Positions 42,050 to 54,932 of a stretch of 64,000 bases of DNA are shown piece by piece. Numbering within the stretch: the stretch's first letter is position 1; each line of letters starts with the position of its first letter. The translations under genes were made by a program, and so were the position numbers. The DNA is taken from positions 13,578,001-13,642,000 of the forward strand of contig CM120641.1 of assembly GCA_051362555.1 (NCBI GenBank), given 5' to 3'. Source of the stretch: Lingula anatina. Taxonomy: Eukaryota > Animalia > Brachiopoda. Under the pieces are notes generated by a model, which saw only the letters and a list, made by a program, of their open reading frames with translations, did no database searches and was not told where the DNA came from.

Positions 42050-45000
42050 AAATTAGACTGGTGCTCACAAAAGCTTTTAAAATTCCTACTCAAATAACAT
42101 GAAATAGTAAAACAGAACACAATGAGATTTTTATATAAATTAGTATCTATTTTAAAGTAAATTAATGCTTGTAAACATTCGAAGTCACTTGCGTTATGCT
42201 CGTTGTACATGTGCCATCCAAACTTGCACAATTATGGGTTAATTTAGGGTTTACTATTGATTTCAGTCCAGTGTTGAATTAAAAAAGAAGGTGGTCTCTG
42301 GCTCAAAAGTCACTGTTCAACGCGGAGCTTGTAAGTATTTAGCTAAGACCTTAGTACATTGTACGTCTCAGTTCAAGATGCTGTGCCTTTTGTGTTCGTA
42401 CATAGGCAGTATGTGTCATACCTTGTTTAAAATGCCGTTGCTTCGTTCATTAGCGCTGTTTGTCTCTTGCAGCGGAGAACAGCCATACTGTTGGCTCGCG
42501 AGAGGACGTGCGTGAGTTGACTTTTGGTTAAAACCCATCTAAATTTGCTTGGAGCTTGAGCCTTGTCCTAACCTATGAAAAGCTTGTATTATAGCATGTT
42601 CTGTAGAATCTACACTTGGGGAGACATAAAGAAAATCGGAGGGAAACGACTTTCTTGTATATATTTGGTTGGAGCTTTTTAAATGTCTGCATAGAATCCC
42701 CTTTTGTGCCATTTCCCGAAACTGCCGATATCACTAGTACAAAATTGGCATAGCGCATATCTCTGTTCTCTTTTAGACTAACAGCATGTTATTTTCAAGA
42801 TTTTGAACGTGCAATTGTATCACACAGGTACAATATTAGTTCTTCTCGTGATAGATAATGCATGAGCTCGATCTTCTTTGAGCACGCCTTTACTTATAAT
42901 TCAGCTTGGTCGTTTCTAGTAAGCTTTTGGAAAATTTAAAGGAGTACTCAAGCAAAAGCTACAAAAAAAGTGTGAATATTGGGGGCTCATCGCCCTAAAA
43001 AAATCACGAGCAATTTGAAATGGCAATTTGAACATTTGATAACTTATCCGTGGAGCTATCTTCTTGGGCAGCAAAAGTAAAGTGTAAAGTGCAGTAGCTG
43101 GTAGTGGTTTTACTTTGAATCGAATGTTGAGGTAAATGCTTGTGTAGGCCTACTTATTTATTTTTTTTTCATGCACGGTAGACAATATAATTGTAAATTA
43201 AAGCCTTCATATGTCTGAAATATAATGCTATATTTGCATTGTTAATGGAGAGACGTTTTTACGCCTATTGATAAAATGATCACCGTTTTCATTTTCTAAA
43301 TCTATCCAAAAATGTTTGCTTTTCCTACCTTTCCTCTCTGTAGAGGCCTTATGACTTCATATAAGCTAAAGATATAAGTAAAGATATTTGTATCGGTAAA
43401 TTGTCCCTCGCATGGAAACTGTTTTTTCTTTATTGCTTGAACGCTTTATTTTTCGTTTCGTGTCCCTTTTTCTTCTCTGTAAAAACTATTTTCAAAAGTT
43501 TTCAGCCACATCACTAATTTACCTGTGTGTAAGTGAACATTAATGTAAAAAACAGCGTTCATTTCATAAGAACTACTAAATTAAAAATCCCTGTTCTGTC
43601 AATCTCCCCATCACCCTCGTCAAAATGCAGTTAAAATAAGAAAATTAAAGCAGTGCAATAGCTTTTTTAACGATCTCATTTCAGTTACGGAAGTGATTGA
43701 TTCGGATGATCTAGTGCCAGGTGACGTCATCATAATTCCAGATCATCACACCAAGTTGGAGTGTGATGCGGTCCTTGTTAATGGCAACTGTGTGGTGAAC
43801 GAAAGCATGCTTACAGGTATTGGTGTAGACACCCGATTATACTATTATTGGTTGACACATGGGCAAAATGATGAAATTTTTGAATTTCTTTTTTACCATT
43901 TCAACGACATGCAATAGTAAGCCACAATATACTAGTAGACCTACGTAGGCCAAGCGATAAAAAATGTAGCTAGAACTACTATGGCTTAATTTTAAATCCT
44001 TCATATCAGTACTAAAGGGCAGAGTTCAAAGTGTAAAACTTAGATGAAAATCGACTTCGAACTATGGAGAATTCAGTGTGGGCACAGGGCCGTGTTGCAT
44101 GCCCCCTCCCCACAAGCACACACACCCCACACACATGAATCTTTATACGCCCACCCAGCCAACCCATTCTGTCTTTAAAAAGAATAAATAAATGTGTGAC
44201 AGAAAAAAATATCCGTACGTGCAATGTACAGTACGCTTAATCTCATCAAATAAATTTGGCACTGAGAAAACAACGTGAAATAGTGTCCAACAAGGGGTCC
44301 TTCGACGTTCCAAGCTGACATTTCGCTCCTCTCTGCAAAATCTTGAATACTACAGTGTGCCTTCATATTTTGTTAATAATGTAATTGACTGCGATTAAAG
44401 TCAACGATAGGTTCTATATGCAATGCGTGTTTTATCAACGAACGTTTCAATAGTGGTAAAGCGCTATATTTACATTGATTGGTCTTCTCTTGACATTGTT
44501 GCTAAGTGGTCACCTAGCGGTAGCTTTATGAGTGACATATCATGCACCAGCTGACGAACCTGTCCGTCTCATATCAGACGCAGTACTTAAAGCCAGAATA
44601 TAAACAAGTGTGTGTATGACTAAAATTAACAGGTAAGTATACTCTTTTAAATTCTTTTTTTGACTTCCATGAACATCGTAGAAATTTTATGCAGTAGGGC
44701 CATTCTTTGAGACTGCTTTTTGCATTAGGCCTAATTATAGAGAGGCCACTGATACCGGCGTAACATGTAGTGTACACATGGTATATACCTCACTGCTTGG
44801 CTACCTTAAGACAGCTACACTGCAATGCATGTTCCTTCATTTGAAAGAAGTCCTCTTTGGGTAAAACTGATATATGGAACGGATGTTTGTGTATTAGACT
44901 ATCGAATATTTACAAAGAAATTCCTATAGGCCTACGCTCTTAGGATAAATTAAGTATACCATCAATAGGTTGTCAATCGATTAATTAAGCAATTCTAGTG

Positions 45001-48000
45001 TAAGACTTGTGGTAAACCAAGTAGATCCATTCCCTGTAGAATCTCATGTAAATCTAATTAGTCCATATTGCATTTGAGAACAGCCTAGTCCTATTAGAAT
45101 TGTGATTAGGTCCTTTTTGAAGCTTATATATAACGTTACTACGTTTAAAATACCAGAGGGTTTTCTAATCACTTTAATAACAGAATGTAGGGCACACACT
45201 TCTGAAGTAATCAAAGTCTATAGTCTTTATATTAAAGCGGAGCTAAAACGTCTGGGTCAGATGTCGAATTTCGAAGCTTGACTTTACTTGCTTCATAATC
45301 AGTTTGACCTCGTCGATTCTTTTGTGAGGCATGTTTAATTTAAACATACGTATTGAATGGGTATCGATAGCCTGTGCTTCTCGATTTATTTAGCGTATTG
45401 CTAAAACAAGCAGTACATAAACATAGTGACGCTGACATACCGTACTTGTTACTCAGTACTGTAAGCGTTATTGAATTCATTATTAATCAAAGAAAAGCGA
45501 GCATGCAATCTAGCCTATAGGCGCACTAGCTAGCTGTAGTACCTACCGGTTTATGGCACTTCAAAAGTTCGAAAACTTAACACAGTTTGATTTAGTTTTT
45601 TATTATTTTTTTTTAAGTAAATCTATATATTATTTTATTTTACTGTTTTCATATTTCGCCTAATTTATTTTGCAGATGGTGAATTTCTACCCACGCCTAA
45701 CTTAATAAAGAAGAAAATCGTAAGATGTCGCCAGTAGCAGACGAAGTTTGGACTGCTCCTCCAAAATCAAGGGAGGCACAAATCCAGGAAACGTATTACA
45801 AACGTAATGCTACAACCAGCAATGTGTCACCGCTTTTATTTTGTCGCGTGACCCCACGCAGACGACCAGCCATCGAATACGGACAAGCTGCAGACGATTC
45901 TTCCTCCATTGCGTATCAACGTAAAGAAGAGACATATGCTCGCCGTAATGCGAGTTCTAAGGGTGCCATAATACCAAGCAAGTATGATGCGCAAGCAAGG
46001 ACTCAGTACCTAGAGGATGACGACGAGACACCTAGCCAGGTATCCAGCAGACGATACGCCTGGGCCCCTCGCACTAAAACCCACGGTGACCTCAAAACTG
46101 AGAGTTTCAACAAGAGAAATATCAGCACAAATAATATTTCACCCGATTTGGCCACCCGGGACACTGCGAGGCAGCAAACAAGTGCAACGAAGGATGATGA
46201 ATTAGTTGACGAAATTTGGGGAACACGGCCTCACAGCAGAGATGAAACGCGAAAAGAAAGTTTTGACAAGCGCAATAAAACAACGAGCGCTCTTGACACG
46301 CATTCCAAGGGTAGTAGCGTTCTAGACGGAGTGAATTACTCCTATCCTGCAGACTATGAAATTCACCCACGCATTGTTAAACCCGAAGCACAAGAAATTG
46401 CTGATCTTAGTAAGGGTGGACGCATGAGTATGCTTTTGGGCAAAGGCTCTAAGCATTTGTCTCAACCGACAGATTACCCTATACAGCCCAGGGTTGTTAA
46501 GCCCGAAGCCCAGGAAATTGCCGATCTTAGTAAAGGCAAAAGAATGGAAAAACTGCTAGGAAAGGGCACAAAGCGCTCGTCTCGCTCCCAACCAACGGAT
46601 TATCCACTTCATGCTAGAGCCGTTAAACCGGAAGCAGAGGAAATCGCTAACTTAGGGAAGGGGGGTCGAATGCAAGGATACATTGGGAAAAACTCCCAGC
46701 ACCTGTCCCTCCCACAGAAACACCCCATCCATCCTAGAGTTGTGAAGTCAGAGGCAGCAGATATTGCTAATCTGAGCAAAGGCGGGCGAATGAACGTTGT
46801 TTTGGGGAACGATCCCCAGCAGAAGGTGCCGTATCCCAACGACTATCCAATCCATCCAAGAAAAGTCACCGAAGAGGCCACTGGTATTGCCAGAATTAGT
46901 AAAGGCGGACGAATGGAAAGACTTATCCATGAGTATGGCCATCTTACCCCATCTGCACGCCCTGTGCCGAGGATAAAACCCGAAGCAGAGCAAATATACG
47001 AGCCTCATCGCGGAAAACGCGTGGCGCGGATTATCAAACAGCAAAGAACAAGTCGGTCAGCAAGATCGTACAGTTCGCTTGGTTATTACGGGTCGCATGA
47101 TGACACAGGTGACGTTTTTGGGGTTCAACGACCTCACACTAGGGACGAGACACGTTCAGAAAGTTTTCATCGCCGTAATGCCACCACATGGTGGTAAAAT
47201 GACTACATATGAGAATCTTTAGCTTTTGACTCAGATGACCTTGTCCACGTGAATTTCCTTTGCGATTGTTAAAGATGTCAATGATACAAGCTCATATTTA
47301 AGAAGTGAAGGAAAATAACTAAAAATCAGATTATGAAGTGGATTTTCAGATCCAAATTAGTATATGTATTTCACTTTTAGATGTGATATGCTAGTATTTA
47401 CAGAAAAATGAAATTTTGCATGCCATTATTGTTAACATCACTTAAACTACATGTATACCACGTTCATCCTGTTAACATTAGGTACAATTTTAGATTACTG
47501 TGCTAAACTGCGTTTGAATGACTATTTGCACTGCTGTGATAAAACGTTATTATAGACTTTTCATGAAGATTTTGTAGTTGAAATTACTTGAAATGAATCA
47601 AATATTTATATTTTATTATAAAATAAAATGCTTCAAAACTATGCTGATTGCGTACATTATTTTTCGTTTGCGGGACGAATATACAGTGTAATAGATTCGA
47701 ACAATATCCTATGACACCATAAGTCTTATATTTAAAAAAAAGCATCTGTTAAATTCAATTTTTTTTTTCAGTTATATTATAGCACTTTTTTTTACATGTG
47801 AACACCAAATAAACACATAATACTTGTGAGACCAAATATATTCCCCCTTCTCAATTTTGCGAATAACTTTTCATAAACTTACTTTGCTTACCTCAAAATA
47901 GGACTGGATAAATAGTAAATAAAACACTTTATGTTGGCCGTTGGTGATTTCAACGATTAAGACATTGTTCTTTACCACACACGGGACTCCACATTGTGTT

Positions 48001-48857
48001 AGTTGCAGCAAATTGCATTGAAATTATTTGTGTTGTGTTCACTTGGTCCGCAGGAGAGAGCATACCTATCACAAAGACCTCGGTACCAAATGTCCACACT
48101 GAGATGTACACCCCTCTCACCCACAAACGACACACGTTGTTCTGTGGGACGGAGGTGATTCAAGCGAGGAGCATGAATCAGGAATCCGTGAAAGCCGTGG
48201 TGGTAAGAACAGGTTGGTAAAAGCTGATATTTATTTTTCATTTAAGGTGTACTGTACACGTTAAAAATTTTTCCAAAGTCATATTTCTTGTTTTCATGTT
48301 ATGCGAAGCTTCGTTATCTTTCCAAATTCAGACCTTAAAAAAAAAAAAAAAAACAGAAATAAAGGTGCCTGATGTCTATATTTCCTTCTGAAATGAAAAA
48401 TAATAACTGGTGTATCGTTTTAATGACCATGAACTCAGTTATAAAATTGAAAATGGTATAAACATCAGTTTAAAGTTCAGGGAGCAATGTGGAGCAATGA
48501 TTCGTGTGGAGCAATGATTCGTGAGGGATAAAAAAATTCCTGTTAAAATTCGTTTTACGGAAAAATCTCAATTAGATTACCTTTAATCCTTTGCTAATAG
48601 ACTTATTGTTATCATGATTATATAGAAGTATGCACATGACGATGAAGCAGTCCTAACTACATGAATAAGTGCATGATAAGCATTATTGAATACATTTAGA
48701 TGTGATACTGATAGTTTTTTCGTATAGAGAACTACACAATTGTTAAGTTATGTAATCTGGGTGTTAGCCTTCAAATATTGTAATAACAATGATATACTTA
48801 AGTAGAACGAAATACAGTCCTAGAACTCTAAAATATGTAACAGCCAAGGCATATATA

Positions 48858-48891
<34 letters not shown>

Positions 48892-51860
48892 AACACACAC
48901 ACACGCACGAGCGCGCGAACGCACATAAAATTGCTTTGAATAACTTATTCCTAAACTTATTCTTAAACGTGAATATTTTCAGGATTTGCCACTGCAAAAG
49001 GAGAGTTAGTGCGATCTATACTTTTCCCTCAGCCACTAGACCTTAAATTGCACAGAGACGGCCTTAAGTTCATCGGGGTAGCTCTTATCATAGGTATGAC
49101 TTTTTCACTTTATTCTACAGTTAGTCATGTAAATCATGTATTTACATGTGTAAGACTTGGTTATATTCTCGCAAAATGAAAATGAAAAATGAGATTTAAC
49201 ATTTTGTGATATATTTCAGCTTTCGTGGGACTTGGATTCGTAGTTTTCACATACTTATACCATGAGGTAAGCTTTTCGTGTTTGTTTCCTCTTAAATTCG
49301 TTTCAGTGAGCTTGTATTTATGTTCATAAATGATCGTTTAACCATTTATTTTACTCAATCCTTGCAATGAACCCCTTTAAAAATATTTTAACTTTTCTCG
49401 GAATCATGACGTAACTATTGGCATTCTTTGTTTTTATACTTGTTTCAGATATATGAAGACATGGCTATCACCCTTTTAAACATTACAACATTTTGTGTGC
49501 CTCCCGCTCTGCCGGCAGCCATCACGATCGGAAATGTGTTAGCGCAGAAACGGCTGGAGAAAGCCAAAATCTTCTGCATGAGTTCGAGATTTATTAACTT
49601 TACTGGCGCACTGAATGTCGTATGTTTTGACAAAGTAAGTTAAATTGAGCTTTTATACGTTTATTTAATAAAAATAATCCTCTACTATAACAGGTACTAG
49701 TGTCACAGATCGCACTGTGTCATTCAAACCGGTTTACAGTTTAGACAAAGAAGAAATTAAGGAGCAAATAGTGCGCTCTTGTTTTACATCGTCTATTTAC
49801 AGAAGATATATTTTCTTTTTGTTAATTCATTTATTATGCATTTTTTTGATTTTATGATATATTTTTATGCATTTTCCACTAGACTGGTACCCTCACAAAT
49901 GATGGATTGGATCTCCACGGACTGCGAAGGGCAGAAAATGGAAGGTGCGAGCATTTCCTATATTTTCTTATTAAAGTTCACAAGCGACCCCATTATGCAT
50001 ATGCGATACATTTATCTGTAGGTTTTCCGCGTTTAATATATATAAATATATATTTTTGAAAGAAAATGTGATGCAGGAAAATGTATGTATACCTAACCAA
50101 CCATTGTCTATGGAACGGACAGAACAATTGTTATCTTAGGCACTTGCCCCCCCCCCCCCCCCTCCCCCAAACACACACACAAAAAGGTAAACATACAATA
50201 TACTTTTTGTTCAGGTTCCTCAAAGAAAGTCTTGGATCGGAAAACCTCCCCACTGGTTCGTGTCTTACATGCATGGCGACGTGCCATTCCCTACACATCA
50301 TAGACGGCAAACCTGACGGATATCCATTGGATGTAAAGATGTTTGAAGCGACAGGATGGGTAAATTATAACTGTGCTGCTTCTCTCCAGCAATTCTACTG
50401 TGCTCATTTATGTACAAGCATCCTTTAAGTATTGCCTTTTTATGATATAAAGAATTAGAGGGTTAAGGTCGATGAATTAGATAATAACTCCATTATTATT
50501 ACTTTTCATTCCTATTTATATAACAGAATAGCTCTAAAATGTATGTTACCGTACCGGCAAATACATGTACTATATATATATATTTCACTTCAGAAAACTC
50601 TTCAGAAAACTGAAAAATAAGATGCGTTTGTTATCTTTGTCATTTTTGTTCCGTAGGGCCAACTAGATCTTGGTTATTAAAAACGATCGTATTGTCATTG
50701 ATATTTTTGATGACAATTATATTTTCACTAAAACTAGTACTGTAATTGTTCTTGTGTTACATTCCTTCCATCTATCGCTCATTTTCAAGATACTCAAGGA
50801 TCCCAGCACGTTAATGCCATACGAGACGAAATTTGAGAAGACACCTATGGCCATCGTTCAATCAGGCAAGGTAAATATGTTTGTGAAAAAGATGCAAGTT
50901 TCCAAACGTTTTTTTTTTCTTTTGACATTCATTTATTATATTAACTTGTTCATGCCCTCATTTCAATTAATTTTTGTTTCAAAACGCTAGAAACTTGGTG
51001 GATTTTTTTTTAATTTCTAAGACTGTGAAAAATTGAATTTCCGTAACATAATAATAGCAATGTATCTGAAATTTAATAACATTAAAGATAACAAAACTCA
51101 CCACAGCGTCGTTTGTGTATCGTCTTCTAAGTTTTCTTCTTGTATGTTTTCAAGGGCGGAGAAGTGGCCGTTATACGCCAATACACGTTCGCCTCGGGAC
51201 TTCAAAGAATGAGCGTCATAACGAAATCAGAAGATAGTTCGGAACTCGAAGTTTACGTTAAAGGGTCTCCTGAAAAGATCACCAGTATCAGTAAACCAGA
51301 GACCGGTAAGGCAGATGTACTTATAAGATTTCAGGCTAAAAATTGACTTTTAACGGGATTTATGAACTCTTAAAATGGCTATTTTAAAAGGCCATTTCTC
51401 TTTTATTGCCTGTTAATATGATCCTTCCAAATGCGTCTATTGTTGCAGCAATGCAACTGTAAAGCATTATTTTATAGATTTTAGGGGTTTAATGTTATTT
51501 AGTAGAATTTCAGCAACCTACTTAAGGTATTTCAAATGGCATTTTTAAAATTACCTCCTTAATTGATACATCTATGTTCACTGCTACTTCGGACACTATT
51601 GTCACCTGGTATGCTGCATACTTCTCCGTCATCACTACAGCAACAAAGACAAAACACAATAGCGATTACACTGCAATGAAGCTGTGAAACACGCACTTTT
51701 ATCGTATAATCTTGTAAAGTTCCAGAAGACTGGCAAGACATCTTGGAGGTGTACACCAGAGATGGATACCGTGTCATTGCCTTGGCAACCAAAAAGCTAG
51801 ATCCTAGCATCACTTGGGATGACACACAAAACTTAAGCAGGCGAGTGTCGGGGCAATAGC

Positions 51861-51892
<32 letters not shown>

Positions 51893-54874
51893 TAATAATA
51901 ATTATAATAATAATAATAAAATTAATAATAATAATAATAAATATATGATATATCAAAAAATAATATTTCATGGGAACGCCATTTGGTTGTGTTTTAAGCA
52001 GTGTGTTTATAATGACTGCCCCTCCCCCCCCCCTCCGATCCCGTCCCAAATAATATTGATTATTGACAACTCGCTTTAACTACGTGTACATGTACAATTA
52101 CCATTTGTACACTTAATATCTCAAACAATTATTTTTTAAACAACACTTGACATGTAAATAACCTTGGCTCTACTTTTTATTTCAGAAATAAAGTAGAATG
52201 TGATCTGGAGTTTCTAGGCCTGCTGATAATGGAAAATAAGCTGAAATATTTTAAACAACACTTGACATGTAAATAACCTTGGCTCTACTTTTTATTTCAG
52301 AAATAAAGTAGAATGTGATCTGGAGTTTCTAGGCCTGCTGATAATGGAAAATAAGCTGAAACCAGAAACTATACCCGCAATGAAAATATTGCACTCAGCC
52401 AACATCAGAACAGTAATGGTCACAGGTGAGATTATTGGAAGGTTGTTCTTTATCTCAGCAACTTCAGTCTTGGTGCTATACATATCGATTATCTATTAAA
52501 AATTGATAAAACAAACGTCTGGTACCAACAGTATTTTATTATGTTTGGGCCTGATTAGGGAGTCTCGAGAGCAGGGTCTTAAGCTGAATCAGAATAAATA
52601 GCTTTTTCCTTATGTGTGTTGAGCAGGTTCTTCATACTCGTAATATGGCAAAAAATAAGTTGGCAACATTAATATATCCGGTGGTAATCTAAATTCAAAT
52701 CAAAAATGTAAAATCGTCTAAGATAGATATATATTAGGGTTACAAGAAAAAACGATGCATTACTTTAGACTTTAAATGCTACAGAGGGCAAAGAAATAAA
52801 GTAGAAAGTGCTCTTTTGTAACTAAACGGAAACTTGAAATAGAAGCAGAGAAAGAACTGCATTATTAACCATAGTCGAGCGTAAACCAAGGATGAGAAAT
52901 GATGTAAGAGAAAACTGTTGGGAACTCTGTAATCCAGTTTTTCCAGCTGTCAAGTCTGCTGGAAGATATTGAAGAAAAAGTGAAACATCGATCAACGTGC
53001 TTAGATAATCTGTATATAATCAAGGATAACGGCAGCGGAAACAAATTCACGCTAATATATTTTCAATGTATCGCCGTAGGAAACTGAACCTAGATAAAAT
53101 ATCTTTCTACTATTATTTTGTGTTCAAGGTGATAATATCTTGACGGCGTTGAAAGTGGCGAGGGACTGTGATATGATAAAACCCCGCGAAATGGTGATCC
53201 GAATTACAGCCAAAGCATTCCACAAAGGTAACCCGTTGGAATACAGTCTGCGGACCGTGCCCGACGCAGCCACATTAGAGATACAATATACTAGAGAAAT
53301 CGATCCAGACCATCCATCAGAGGTGAATATAATGGCACTAGTGTTAGTTTAATTCTTTTTGGGGGAGGGGGGGGGGGTAATGATGCCACACGCAAAAACA
53401 GAACTAATCTACCTGAGACTAATCTTTAACAGACAATGACGTGTTTTATTCTGAAACTTTTTGACTTTGCAAACGACATCTTTCCAGTTTTATTATATTC
53501 CTGACACATTTGCTTAATATCCAGGCAAATATTTTCAAATGTACACCGCAATATAAAATATTGAATGAAAGACCACTGTTCTTCCAGGAGATGCGTATTG
53601 ACATAGAGGAGAAGATGTACCATTTGGCTATAGATGGGAAGTCGTTTGGACTAATCCGCCGTTATAAACCAGAGCTCATTCCAAATGTAAGCATAATTAG
53701 CTTTATGTTATAAATATATAAAACATGCTGCCATTTGGGAAAATGAGTCTGGGACAAAAATTAAAGAATAAAAGAAAATACAGTAGATTAAAATGAAAAG
53801 AAAAAACGCTATTATAAATGTTATATTCAATTTTTGTACATATCTTCGTAATGATTTTAATTCGTTATTGATGGAGATGCTTCATTACTGTCGTCTGCTT
53901 CAGATTGTTCGCAGAGGGACGGTGTTTGCGCGTATGCTTCCAGAACAGAAGACGCACCTGATCACGGACCTACAAGATATGGAGTAAGCAGTCACTATTG
54001 CATAAACAACTCTCAATACTTAATTCCGGAAACTGTTTTGAAAAAAAAAAACTTTTCTTTATGATTTAAGGGATTCCAGTTGTAACTTATTATCTAGGAC
54101 GCAATATTGCGTCCTAGTTCTTATTATCGTCTTTCTGTTGGGTTTTTACATAGCACCTTTTGATTGGGTGAATAATCACTAACTGTTCAAAAAGCCTCTC
54201 GTCTCCATAAGATATTTAACATATTATGTATAACCTCAATTATGTTTTGATTGAGGACACTTTTTCATCTCTGTTCTTTTACCTGTACACTGCATGCGTC
54301 TAAGGATAGTCCTTTTTTTGTAGGTATTATGTTGGTATGTGTGGTGACGGAGCTAACGACTGCGGTGCACTGAAAACGGCACACGCAGGAATTTCCCTGA
54401 GTGTTGCCGAGGCCAGCGTTGCCTCTCCATTCACATCTCAGGAAACTAACATCATGTGTGTCCAAAAACTCATGAGGTAAGACATGAAACTCTTCACATT
54501 TATCTTTGAAAATTTCTGTAGGTTCCATTTCCTTTAAACAACACACCATGCTGTAAATTAATTATTTAAATACATTAGATTAATTATAGCTCACTGTCTG
54601 CAACTAATTTCATTTGCCAGAGATTCAGAATTACTTGGATTGACAGTTTATACTTCTGTGGAAACAGGTGTATTGCTTTTTTATAACCTAATGCTTTTTA
54701 ACATACTTCTAGGGAGGGTCGCACAGCTTTGGTGACGTCATTTGGTCTGTTTAAGCACTTGCTTTGTAGCGCCATTATAGAGTTAGTTATGATACTCTTT
54801 TTGTATTATGTAAGTAATCCTTAAAACCTTTATTGTCCTATTTTATCCACCTCAAGTAGTGTAAATGTAAATGC

Positions 54875-54932
<58 letters not shown>

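Noticed and set aside
43816-45740. Possible ATPase::repeat-protein fusion by splicing 43816 to 45676
   Set aside because: The junction reads [20 protein letters not shown]-stop, out of frame with the 490-aa ORF, so no fusion protein results.
45725-47197. Repeat ORFs as neuropeptide precursors (many KR/RR and GKR/GGR sites) or as transposon ORFs
   Set aside because: No signal peptide, the basic sites fall inside conserved repeat cores, and there are no RT/transposase/gag motifs, TIRs or LTRs.
48478-48525. Short tandem repeat GGAGCAATG(ATTCGTGT), and similar arrays such as TTTCAAGGT at ~12370-12405
   Set aside because: Simple slippage repeats with no unique spacers. Not CRISPR-like, and the context is eukaryotic.
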